Positions 38,972 to 48,514 of a stretch of DNA of 64,000 bases are shown piece by piece. Position 1 is the stretch's first letter. Each line of letters opens with the position of its first letter. The DNA comes from Cellvibrionaceae bacterium (GTDB lineage: Bacteria; Pseudomonadota; Gammaproteobacteria; Pseudomonadales; Cellvibrionaceae), in the NCBI GenBank assembly GCA_028281575.1, contig JANQJP010000030.1:67401-131400 (forward strand). Direction: 5' to 3'. The position numbers and the translations under genes are program-made. The notes beneath the pieces are model-generated. The model was not told where the DNA came from. It did no database searches and saw only the letters and a list, made by a program, of their open reading frames with translations.

Positions 38972-40441
38972 ATGAAGCAACCAAAGTTGTCGTTTTGGCA
39001 GGTGTGGAACGTAAGTTTCGGTTTTCTTGGTGTTCAGTTCGGTTTTGCCTTACAAAACGCCAACGTCAGTAGAATTTTGTCGGACTTGGGCGCCGACCTC
39101 CATGCCTTATCCCTTTTTTGGTTAGCTGCGCCGGTGATGGGGCTTATTGTTCAGCCCATTGTTGGCTCTGCATCTGATCGCACCTGGAACCGCCTCGGCC
39201 GACGCAACCCGTTTATTTTAGCTGGTGCTTTTGCCGCAGCGATTGGTATGTTCCTAATGCCAAATGCGCCGCTATTTGTCGCGATTATGGCGCCGATGAT
39301 TTTTGGTGGTCTGATGCTGGCCTTAATGGACGGCGCATTTAATGTAACCATGCAACCGTTTCGCGCCTTGGTTTCGGATATGGTGCCTGAAGAACAGCGC
39401 ACACTTGGATACTCGGTTCAGTCATTTTTAATTAACATCGGTGCGCTTGTCGGTTCCATTTTACCTTTTGTGCTCACCAACGTTATCGGTTTGGACAATG
39501 TGGCAAAGGCGGGGGAAGTCGCGCCGTCGGTCACCTGGGCATTTTATATCGGTGCCTCCGCGCTGCTCGGCGCGGTTTTATGGACGGTGATTCGCACCAA
39601 AGAATATCCGCCCGAACAATATAATGCGTTTAAAGGCCTGGATGCCGCCGAGCTTGAAAAAGAGCGCCGTGAGAAAAAAAGTTTTGGTGAAAAAATGGGT
39701 GGCTTTTTTTCACTATTGGTAAATATGCCCACGACGATGAAACAACTCGCTTTCGTGCAGTTTTTTTCCTGGTTTTCTCTTTACCTTATGTGGGTCTATA
39801 CCATGCCAGCCATCACGCAAAATTCCTGGCAGGTGGAAACTAAGTGGTTTGATTCCGACTATTTGCATTCGCTGGAAAAAATTCCAGAAGCGGTTGGAGT
39901 AGCTAAAGGTACTGCGGGTGATTGGGTGGGTATTTTATTTGCTGCTTACTCACTGTTCGGTGCGTTATTCTCGATCGTATTAACAAAGCTTGCGCAATCT
40001 ATTGGCCGTAAGCTGACGTATTCGCTGTCTTTGCTTGCCGGTGGTATCGGCTTTATTTGCTTCCAGTTATTTCAGGACCCGACATTGGTAAATGTCGATT
40101 TGTTTATTACTCAAATTGTTATCCCAAAGGGCGCATTAGGCCTGGTAATTCCTATGATTGGTGTTGGTATCGCCTGGGCGGCAATTTTGGCCATGCCCTA
40201 CGCCATTCTGGCGGGCTCGCTGCCGGCAAATAAGACCGGTGTTTATATGGGGATATTTAATTTTACCATTGCTGTACCGCAAATTATTGCGGGTCTCGTC
40301 GGCGGACAAATTTTGCGATTTGTTTTTGATAACCATGCCATTCATATATTGACGATGGCGGGTGTATCGATGGTGCTCGGTGCTCTAGCCGTCTACTTTG
40401 TTAAAGAGAACACCGAATCTGAAGCGGCAGGCTCCAGCTAA
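38972..40441 (+). CDS. MFS-type sugar:cation symporter (GPH/SLC45-like; probably maltodextrin or another glycoside).
   Basis: 12 predicted TM segments, R-RRNPF-like loop motif. Lies between the amylase and the LacI/PTS genes. Confidence 0.7.
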   Translation: MKQPKLSFWQVWNVSFGFLGVQFGFALQNANVSRILSDLGADLHALSLFWLAAPVMGLIVQPIVGSASDRTWNRLGRRNPFILAGAFAAAIGMFLMPNAPLFVAIMAPMIFGGLMLALMDGAFNVTMQPFRALVSDMVPEEQRTLGYSVQSFLINIGALVGSILPFVLTNVIGLDNVAKAGEVAPSVTWAFYIGASALLGAVLWTVIRTKEYPPEQYNAFKGLDAAELEKERREKKSFGEKMGGFFSLLVNMPTTMKQLAFVQFFSWFSLYLMWVYTMPAITQNSWQVETKWFDSDYLHSLEKIPEAVGVAKGTAGDWVGILFAAYSLFGALFSIVLTKLAQSIGRKLTYSLSLLAGGIGFICFQLFQDPTLVNVDLFITQIVIPKGALGLVIPMIGVGIAWAAILAMPYAILAGSLPANKTGVYMGIFNFTIAVPQIIAGLVGGQILRFVFDNHAIHILTMAGVSMVLGALAVYFVKENTESEAAGSS

Positions 40442-40462
40442 TTAAACTGAAGCTGCTTTTTT

Positions 40463-42562
40463 TTACTCGTTTTCAGTGTGTTGAGTCACGATAGACGCAG
40501 CTGCGGTAACAGTAGAGAATGGCGGAATATCGGCATCGACTACAGCGTTCGGGCCGATCACGCTATAGCGTCCAACGCGGATTCTGCCGACAATGACCGC
40601 ACCGGTGCCCACGTTTACGCCCTGTTCCAAGGTAGGTTTTCCCTCTAAGTCACTTAAATCCCGAATGCCGAGCGTCGTGTTTTGACGCAGCGTTACGTCA
40701 TCTCCAATTTCTGTAGCGCCGATAATCATGCCGCCAAAGTGTTCTAACTTTACACGCCTGCCCAGTTTTACGGTGTAATCAAGTTTAATTCCGCAAAATA
40801 TTTGCACGCATTTTTTGTGAGCGAAATATAGTAGTGTCAGTGGCGCACGCAAGATTTTGGCGCTAACACTCATGCGCCAGTTGCCAAAACGATGATTAAA
40901 GATGGCCCAAAACCCCTGACTGAAAAAGTCGCGCTCGTGGGTAATAAAATCTTCTTTTATCAGAGACCAAAAGCTGAGGTCAGTAGGGTTTTCGTTGTCG
41001 GCACCTTTTACTCGTTCTCGTCGGCCTGACTTGTCGGAAATATTTTTATCAGCTGTCTTTTCCAATTGCGCTAATTCGGCAATGCTTAAACTGCGAAAAT
41101 TATTGGGAATGTAGCCAGCACGTTTTTCGATTTCGATACTGATACTGACAACCGAAATGGAATCCAGTCCCAGGGATTCTACGCTGTCTTCTGCGCTTAC
41201 CTTTTTTGTCGGGCCACTTTTTTTACGGAAAAGTGTCAGTAGTGTTGCCAGGGGATCGCCAGAGGTATTTTCGCTGTCTGGTTTGTGTAAATTTACTTTT
41301 TCGTTCGTACTTTTTTGAAACATGGAGACGAGCGCTTTGCGTTGCACTTTTCCCGTGTCCGTTACTGGCAGGGATGCTAAGTTCATCATTAATACTGCAC
41401 TGCTCGCGTCGACGCCATGTCGCGATAGTACTTCGTTGACAAATTCTTCCAATGCCTGATCGCTCACGTCCAATGCGGATGTTTTTGCGACAAGCACGCC
41501 CTCGCCATAGTCGGTATTTGGTACGCGCGATGCAGCTACGCCGCCAGAGAGGCCGAAATGTGCAAAAATTTCTTTTTCAATGGTTTCTGCTGCAATTTTT
41601 TGACCGCCACAGTTAATCATATTGTCTGCGCGACCTTCAAAAAATAGAAACCCGTTTTCCAATCGGCCGAGATCGCTCGTTTCAAACCACCCATCGCTAT
41701 TCGTGAGTGGGTGAATCTCTCCATCAATCAATAGACCGCTGGCGAGGTGGGAACCCCGAATGCGGATACGACCCGTATCACTGATAGTCATTTCCGTGTC
41801 GCCGTAAGCTTTGCCAACACTTTCGAGTTCTGCTGGTTTTGCGCCGTCAATGCGCAATAGACTTGTGCGCGAAGCCTCTGTGAGTCCGTAGTGTTGCACA
41901 ATACACGCTTCGGGAAATACATCGCGCAATGCTGATTTTTCGTCACCACTCATTGGCTGGCTGCCAATTTCAATCCAGCGGAGAGCGTGGCGTTCGTCTC
42001 CAAACACATCTTTGTGTTCGAGTAACACACGCAATAAACTTGGCACAGCGGATAAAGAATTTATCGATTGCTCGCGCAGCATTTGTGCGATTTCGCTGGG
42101 GTTAAAACCCTTGGGTGGGATGTAGGCCTGACCGCCAACGGTACCTAATAAACGGCAGCGGCCATAGCCAAAGGAATGGTAAACCGGAACGCCGATATAT
42201 TCACGTGCGCTCGCGTCAATACCAGAGATGGCGATGAGCCTTTCGATAACGTTGTGGAGGGCCTTGTGGCTCAGAATAACGCCTTTGGGTGTTCCCTCCG
42301 TGCCAGATGTAAAGGAAATTTGTGCCGCTGTTGCGATTGTCTGGGGGTTAAACCGGGGTGAAAACCAGCCTGTTTTGGCGTTGGGTGTAATGAGTTCTTT
42401 CAGGCCAGTCGCATTAATTCGCGCTTCGTCTTCGGCAGTGCGCAACGGCACAACAATTCGGCCGGATGCGAGTGCGTCGAAGATAGATTCGATATAGGTG
42501 GGAGAGTTTGAGGCCACCAGACCCAGCAATTTTTTGTTGTCCAATTCGATGTCGCTCGACAC
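40463..42562 (-). CDS. Tri-domain fusion: acyl/aryl-AMP ligase, acyl carrier (phosphopantetheine) domain, hexapeptide-repeat acyltransferase.
   Basis: AMP-binding motifs SGTEGTPKGV and YGLTE. Carrier motif LGLDSISV. C-terminal left-handed beta-helix repeats similar to serine O-acetyltransferase (GATEIGDDVTLRQNTTLG). Confidence 0.7.
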   Translation of the reverse strand: MSSDIELDNKKLLGLVASNSPTYIESIFDALASGRIVVPLRTAEDEARINATGLKELITPNAKTGWFSPRFNPQTIATAAQISFTSGTEGTPKGVILSHKALHNVIERLIAISGIDASAREYIGVPVYHSFGYGRCRLLGTVGGQAYIPPKGFNPSEIAQMLREQSINSLSAVPSLLRVLLEHKDVFGDERHALRWIEIGSQPMSGDEKSALRDVFPEACIVQHYGLTEASRTSLLRIDGAKPAELESVGKAYGDTEMTISDTGRIRIRGSHLASGLLIDGEIHPLTNSDGWFETSDLGRLENGFLFFEGRADNMINCGGQKIAAETIEKEIFAHFGLSGGVAASRVPNTDYGEGVLVAKTSALDVSDQALEEFVNEVLSRHGVDASSAVLMMNLASLPVTDTGKVQRKALVSMFQKSTNEKVNLHKPDSENTSGDPLATLLTLFRKKSGPTKKVSAEDSVESLGLDSISVVSISIEIEKRAGYIPNNFRSLSIAELAQLEKTADKNISDKSGRRERVKGADNENPTDLSFWSLIKEDFITHERDFFSQGFWAIFNHRFGNWRMSVSAKILRAPLTLLYFAHKKCVQIFCGIKLDYTVKLGRRVKLEHFGGMIIGATEIGDDVTLRQNTTLGIRDLSDLEGKPTLEQGVNVGTGAVIVGRIRVGRYSVIGPNAVVDADIPPFSTVTAAASIVTQHTENE

Positions 42563-42695
42563 GCATGACCCTCAATCAGTATTAACCCGCTCTTGGATTA
42601 TAGAAGTCGCTGAGCCTGCGCGAAAGCGTTAACGGAGAAAATTGCAGAGCAGAGAAATACGAGCAACGCTTTTTTTTGTTGCGTATTTCTTTTCA

Positions 42696-43691
42696 TTATT
42701 TAGGTCGATAGCGTGCCGTGCTCTCGCGCACAATAAATTGGGTTGGCAATACGGAATGATTATTATCGCGGGTCTCGTTAGTCAATAAATCGCATAAATA
42801 ATTCATCGCTGTTCTTCCCAGGTCCTCCATCGGTTGGGATATTGTTGTCAGCGGTGGTTCGCAGTATTTCGCAAATTCGATATCGTCGAACCCTATAACT
42901 GACATATCCTGAGGAACTAAAAGGCCTGCGTTGGTAATGCCGCGAATAAGGCCGATGGCCATTTCGTCGTTCATACAAAAAGTGGCGGAAGGCGATTCTT
43001 CTAACTGCAATAATTTCGATGCCGCGTGAAAGCCGGAATTCATCGAAAAGTCACCCGCAACAATAAGGTCCGGATCAAATTCAATATTGGCGTTGGCAAG
43101 TGCGAGTTCATAGCCCTTAAGGCGGTCATGTGTGAGCGGGCTGGTTTCCGGTCCAAGTATACAGGCGATACGTCTGTGCCCCATATCGATAAAGTGTTCA
43201 GTGGCTTTTTGCGCAGCGGCGATATTGTCGACTTTGACTGTCGGGTATTTATTGCTCTCGATACATTCGCACGCCTGCACAAACCTTCCGAGGAGGGAAT
43301 CCAAATCGCGGGGAACGTTGTAGCTTAGCTGAATGATACCGTCGGCCTGGCGTGTACTCACTAAATTAATGTATGCACGTTCCCGTTCTTCAGAATAGCG
43401 CGTATTTCCCAGTAATACGGAATAACCTTTTTGTTGTCCAGCATCTTCCATACCGCGAATAATTCTGGAAAAAAACGGGTTGGCAATATCGGGAACCAGC
43501 ACCAGCACAGAATAGGATCGCGACTTATTGAAGTTTCTGGCGAGCAGGTTCGGAGTGTAATTCAACGACTCAATGGCATTGCGAACTTTTTCTGCACTTT
43601 TAGGGGAGAGTTTTGCCGGGTTGCTAAAATAACGCGACACCGTGGCTGTGGATACACCAGCTTGTTTGGCGACGTCTCTTATGTTTGACAT
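42696..43691 (-). CDS. LacI-family transcriptional regulator.
   Basis: N-terminal HTH IRDVAKQAGVSTATVSRY plus a periplasmic-binding-protein-like sugar-binding core. Confidence 0.85.
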   Translation of the reverse strand: MSNIRDVAKQAGVSTATVSRYFSNPAKLSPKSAEKVRNAIESLNYTPNLLARNFNKSRSYSVLVLVPDIANPFFSRIIRGMEDAGQQKGYSVLLGNTRYSEERERAYINLVSTRQADGIIQLSYNVPRDLDSLLGRFVQACECIESNKYPTVKVDNIAAAQKATEHFIDMGHRRIACILGPETSPLTHDRLKGYELALANANIEFDPDLIVAGDFSMNSGFHAASKLLQLEESPSATFCMNDEMAIGLIRGITNAGLLVPQDMSVIGFDDIEFAKYCEPPLTTISQPMEDLGRTAMNYLCDLLTNETRDNNHSVLPTQFIVRESTARYRPK

Positions 43692-43921
43692 TGATGTAGC
43701 TTCTTGCTGCGCAATTATTATTAGAATTCTTATTTAGCGAGCGCGTGTGCTTGCTAGCGCGTTAAATGTAACGTCTGAGCGGACAAGAGACAAATTAAAT
43801 TTTTGTTGATGTAGATAAAAGAGGGTTTTTGGCAGTGACATTGTCAAAACTGCAGGCACCCACAACTGCTTTTGCTGTTGTGGGAATCATATGCTGGAAA
43901 GTCGTTTTACACGGGTTCCGT

Positions 43922-45697
43922 TTAGTTCTCTAATTCCACTGTGAGGAATTTGGCGTAGCCCGGTGCATTTGGGCCGACTATCAGGTGAACCACACCTCCA
44001 GCGAGTTTCATTAACCCCGATACACCGGCCGATTCAAGCGCCGCTTCATTGACTTTTTCTGCATCCCTGAGTTCCATGCGGACCCTGGTGTTTGCAAAAT
44101 CGTCTACGCGGAGAACGTTGGCGGGGCCCCCGACGGCCTTAAGCATGCTATGCATTTTGCCGAGCTCTTCCTGATTCAGCGCTTTTGTTTCCTCGATGTT
44201 GGTCGGGGCTGATGTGCTTTGATTTGTCGGCGCTTCGATCAATTCAGCTTCGTCGCCTGCGCTTTGCAGATAGATTTCCATATCTGTTTTGAGGTTTTCC
44301 GATGCGGGACCAAAAATCGCCTGTAAATTGTTGCCGACAACGACAACACCGCTTGCACCGAGTGTTTTTAGTTGATCCTGATTGACCTGGGCGATGTTCG
44401 CAACAGAAACGCGCAAGCGTGTTATGCACGCGTCCAGGTTTTCGATATTGCTGCGACCACCGAAGGCGAGCACAAGTTGATGGGCCATTAAACCCTCTAC
44501 TTGATTTGTTTCCACTTCGGCACTTGAATCCTCTCGGCCAGGTGTTAAAAGGTTAAAGGTCTGGATCGCAAATCGGAAAATTACGTAGTACATCAATGCC
44601 CAACAAGGACCGATAACCAAAAGCCACCATGCGTTTTTGGCCTGTGGCATAAGTGTGAGGTAGTCGATTAAACCGTGTGAAAATGTGGTTCCATGACGTA
44701 TGCCGAACTCTGCGCAAAAGGCGAATGCAGCGGAGGCGAGTACTGCATGAATGACATAAAGTACTGGCGCAACAAACATAAATGCGAATTCAATGGGCTC
44801 GGTAATACCAGTAAGAAATGATGTGATTGCGCCGGATATCATAATGCCACCGACTTTGGCGCGATTTTCGGGTTTTGCTGTATGCCAGATGGCAATGGCC
44901 GCCGCGGGGAGTCCCCACATTTTGAACAGATAGCCGCCCGCTAGATAGCCTGCCGTTGGATCGCCTGCTGGAAAGCGTTGTAGCTCGCCGCGAAAAACCT
45001 CCCCAGTACTGGGGTCCGTGTAGCTTCCCACTTCAAAAAAGAAGGGTGTATTCCATACGTGATGCAGCCCAAATGGGATGAGCAAACGTTCCACAAAGCC
45101 GTAGATACTAAACGCGAGCAAGGGGTTTTCGTAAGCGGCCCAATCGGAAAAAACCTCGATGCGCTCGCCGATGGGCGGCCAAATAAAACTCATCAAAATA
45201 CCGACGAAAATCGCCACTAATGCGGATACGATAGGCACAAAGCGCTTGCCGGCGAAAAAGCCGAGATAGGTTGGCAGCTGAATGCGGTAGTACTTGTTAA
45301 ATAGTGCGGCGCCGCAGATGCCACTGATGATACCGCCGAAAACACCGGTTTCGAGGGTTTTAATACCGAGGATGACTTTGGTCTCTATGCCTCTGGCGTC
45401 GGCGCAAATGCCCATGGTCGCCAGCAATACGCCGTAAAATACAACGGCGGCAAGTGCTGATACACCGTCATTTTTGGTAAAGCCCAATGCAACGCCAATG
45501 GCAAAAATGATAGGCAGGTTGGCGAAAACAGCGTTGCCGGCCGCTTTCATCAATTGCGAGACAATCATTGGCAGGATATCGAATTCCGCCGAGCCGACCG
45601 CGAGTAAAATACCCGCGGCTGGCAGCACGGCAACAGGCAGCATCAGCGATTTCCCCACCTGCTGTAAGATGCCAAATGTTGAGTGAAAAAGTTTCAT
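43922..45697 (-). CDS. PTS glucose/N-acetylglucosamine-family EIICB component (with an extra degenerate EIIB-like C-terminal domain).
   Basis: EIIC membrane domain and an EIIB active-site Cys in [11 protein letters not shown]. The C-terminal ~80 aa repeat the EIIB fold without the Cys. Confidence 0.8.
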   Translation of the reverse strand: MKLFHSTFGILQQVGKSLMLPVAVLPAAGILLAVGSAEFDILPMIVSQLMKAAGNAVFANLPIIFAIGVALGFTKNDGVSALAAVVFYGVLLATMGICADARGIETKVILGIKTLETGVFGGIISGICGAALFNKYYRIQLPTYLGFFAGKRFVPIVSALVAIFVGILMSFIWPPIGERIEVFSDWAAYENPLLAFSIYGFVERLLIPFGLHHVWNTPFFFEVGSYTDPSTGEVFRGELQRFPAGDPTAGYLAGGYLFKMWGLPAAAIAIWHTAKPENRAKVGGIMISGAITSFLTGITEPIEFAFMFVAPVLYVIHAVLASAAFAFCAEFGIRHGTTFSHGLIDYLTLMPQAKNAWWLLVIGPCWALMYYVIFRFAIQTFNLLTPGREDSSAEVETNQVEGLMAHQLVLAFGGRSNIENLDACITRLRVSVANIAQVNQDQLKTLGASGVVVVGNNLQAIFGPASENLKTDMEIYLQSAGDEAELIEAPTNQSTSAPTNIEETKALNQEELGKMHSMLKAVGGPANVLRVDDFANTRVRMELRDAEKVNEAALESAGVSGLMKLAGGVVHLIVGPNAPGYAKFLTVELEN

Positions 45698-45725
45698 GAA
45701 TCGCTCCTATAGCGCTTCTTATTGT

Positions 45726-48260
45726 TTAAATGAGGTCTGGATAATGCTGTGCGACCAGCGCGCGGACATCGCTTGCGGTGCCGGCGAGCAGGGCTTGTTC
45801 AGCGATCTCTTTACAGCGGTCTAACTCACAGCTGCGCACAGTCGCTTTAATCTCGGGAATACTCGGCACGCTGACACTGAGTTCATCGACGCCGAGCCCC
45901 AGGAGAATGGGCACGGCGACCGCATCGCTGGCGATGCCACCGCAGATGCCGACCCAGGCTTTGTGTTTGTGCGCGCCTTTTACTGTATTGGCGATAAGTG
46001 CGAGTACGCCGGGGTTGAGTCCGTCGGCCTGTGCGGCGAGTGCCGGGTGACCGCGATCAATGGCCAGGGTATATTGTGTAAGATCATTGGTTCCTATGGA
46101 GAAGAAGTCCACTTCCTCTGCGAATTGGTCAGACATAATCGCCGTGGTAGGCACCTCGACCATGATACCGACTGGAATCTCTGCCGCGGCCAATTTTTTG
46201 CGTTCTTCCTCGAGCATCCGTTTCGCTTGCCTGAGGTCCTCCAGTGTCGTCACCATCGGAAACATCACCATGATATTGGCGCCATTGCTGCGGCTACTTT
46301 CAGCCGCCCGCAAAATGGCGCGCAATTGCGTTCTAAAAATAGACGGGCGTTGCAAACATACGCGAATCCCCCTCAGGCCGAGAAAAGGGTTCTCCTCTTC
46401 TTCGATTGGCAAGTAGGGCAGCGGTTTGTCGCCACCTACATCCAAGGTGCGAATGATAAGTGGTTGGCCGGGTGCGAGCCTATTCGCCATGGCACTATAG
46501 ATCGCAAACTGTTCGTCCTCATTTGGCGCGTTGGCACGGTTCATAAATAAAAACTCTGAACGGCATAGGCCCGCGCCTTCGCCGCCCTTCGACACCGTAG
46601 CAGCCGCGTCTTCTTCACCTGCGATGTTGGCGACGACCTCGACGTGGTGGCCGTCTATGGTGGTTGCAGCGAATTTAGCATTGGCGAGATCTTCCTCCCG
46701 CTTTTTTTCGAGCGCCGCACGCGCCCGCTCAATTTTTTCAATGGCGTCATCACTCGGATTCAGCGTCAACCTGGCATGGCTGGCGTCGAGAATCACGCGG
46801 CTGCCGTTGGCAATATCCAGGGCGCGGTGTTCTATCCCCGCTATTGCCGGCAAGTTCAGTGAGCGCGCCAGGATAGCGACATGGGAAGAGGCGCCGCCTG
46901 TAACGGTGCAAAATCCAAGCACTTTAGTTCGATCAATGTTTGCGGTGTCTGACGGTGTGAGATCTTCAGCAATTAAAATGGAGCCTGCTGGAACTTCGTC
47001 CTCGCTCGGGTCGAGGCCGAGGATAAGCTGCAGGACTCTGCGGCCCACATCCCGCAGGTCATTTGCGCGTGCAGCAAGCAGTTCATTTTTGAGTTTTGAC
47101 AGGGCATTTGACTGCGCCATATAAGCATTGCGCCAGGCAAACGCGGCGGTCTTGCCATCGGCAATTTGTTCGCGGCTGCTGTCCAAAAGCTCGGGGTCTT
47201 GCAGTAGCGCCTGATGGGCTGCGAAGATCGCAGCTTTATCTTTATCTTCGATTTTTGCCTGCAAGCTGTCGAGTTGTCTGTGAGCGTTTATCAGCGCATC
47301 GTCTAACTTCTTGAGTTCAACTGCGTCATTTTTTGCCAGTTCTGGAACGTCGAGCTCTTCACGTTTCAACTGAAAAACCTGCCCAATCGCCAAGCCCGGT
47401 GAGGCGGTTACACCTAAAACGATATTTGGGTCGGATGATCGCGGCGCTTCCTCCTCAATCTCTTCGTGGGCAACAGCGTCAACGGTTGAGCAGTCTTCGC
47501 CCAAACCACTGCGCACCGCGGCTTCGAGTGCTGCGACAGCCTGTTCAGCGTCGTCTCCTGTGGCGACAATACTGACTTCGTCACCACAATTGACTTCGAG
47601 GCCCATAATGGAGACAAGGCTCTTGGCATTGGCTTGTTCGCCGCCTTTGTACAGATGAATCACGGATGTGAACTTTTTAGCCTCGTTGACCAGCATTGCC
47701 GTCGGGCGGGCGTGTAACCCGGTAGGGTTCGGAATGGCAATCGGAGACGAGGTGATGTGTTTACCGCCTGCCGCTGAACGCACAGATTCTGCCGCTTTTG
47801 CCTCCAGGCGCAAAATGACGTGGGTTCCAGCCTCTGCGCTGCCTGACCCATAATCGAAACTGGCGACACGATCACTGTTTGTAACTATGATTTGTGTCAA
47901 TAAGCTCTTGGCTTTTGTTGCGATAAAGTCCGCGTCGAACCGAATCAGTGCATCGCCTTGATTAACGTTGTCGCCGAGCTTGACTTGAGGCAGGAAACCC
48001 ACGCCTTTTAAGCCGACGGTGTCGATACCAATATGCATCATGATTTCGAGGCCGCTGTCGGTTTCCAGTGTAACCGCGTGATTGGCTCGGTGAAGCTGGA
48101 CAATCTTGCCGTCGCAGGGTGCAAACAGCGTCTCATTAATTGGATCGATACTGATGCCGTCACCGACCATTTTTTGCGAAAAAACGGGATCGGGGACATC
48201 TTCAAGGGCGACTATGGGGCCGGATAGGGGCGCTTTTAGCTCAAGCGTCACATCTGTCAT
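45726..48260 (-). CDS. PTS multiphosphoryl-transfer protein EIIA(Glc)–HPr–Enzyme I.
   Basis: EIIA-Glc N-terminus (GDGISIDP...HIGIDTV), HPr His region (GLHARPTAMLV) and a PEP-utilising Enzyme I C-terminus. Confidence 0.85.
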   Translation of the reverse strand: MTDVTLELKAPLSGPIVALEDVPDPVFSQKMVGDGISIDPINETLFAPCDGKIVQLHRANHAVTLETDSGLEIMMHIGIDTVGLKGVGFLPQVKLGDNVNQGDALIRFDADFIATKAKSLLTQIIVTNSDRVASFDYGSGSAEAGTHVILRLEAKAAESVRSAAGGKHITSSPIAIPNPTGLHARPTAMLVNEAKKFTSVIHLYKGGEQANAKSLVSIMGLEVNCGDEVSIVATGDDAEQAVAALEAAVRSGLGEDCSTVDAVAHEEIEEEAPRSSDPNIVLGVTASPGLAIGQVFQLKREELDVPELAKNDAVELKKLDDALINAHRQLDSLQAKIEDKDKAAIFAAHQALLQDPELLDSSREQIADGKTAAFAWRNAYMAQSNALSKLKNELLAARANDLRDVGRRVLQLILGLDPSEDEVPAGSILIAEDLTPSDTANIDRTKVLGFCTVTGGASSHVAILARSLNLPAIAGIEHRALDIANGSRVILDASHARLTLNPSDDAIEKIERARAALEKKREEDLANAKFAATTIDGHHVEVVANIAGEEDAAATVSKGGEGAGLCRSEFLFMNRANAPNEDEQFAIYSAMANRLAPGQPLIIRTLDVGGDKPLPYLPIEEEENPFLGLRGIRVCLQRPSIFRTQLRAILRAAESSRSNGANIMVMFPMVTTLEDLRQAKRMLEEERKKLAAAEIPVGIMVEVPTTAIMSDQFAEEVDFFSIGTNDLTQYTLAIDRGHPALAAQADGLNPGVLALIANTVKGAHKHKAWVGICGGIASDAVAVPILLGLGVDELSVSVPSIPEIKATVRSCELDRCKEIAEQALLAGTASDVRALVAQHYPDLI

Positions 48261-48514
48261 TCGTTTCTCACTAATTATTGTTATATCTCAGTGGGCCTAC
48301 TATCAGGCTGCAACATTACCCCGAAGGGCGTTTTTGGACAAGCCTTTGCGTCTTGCTTTGACTGGTAGTAGGTTCGCCTGTGGGATTTTTGGTTGAGCCT
48401 TTATTTCGCTGTGGGCCCTCTATAGAATTCGCAACGCTATCGGTATAACTGGTCAAAAAGCTTCCCTTAAAGCTGAGTGAGAGATATTGCTTTCAATAAT
48501 GTGATGAACGAATA

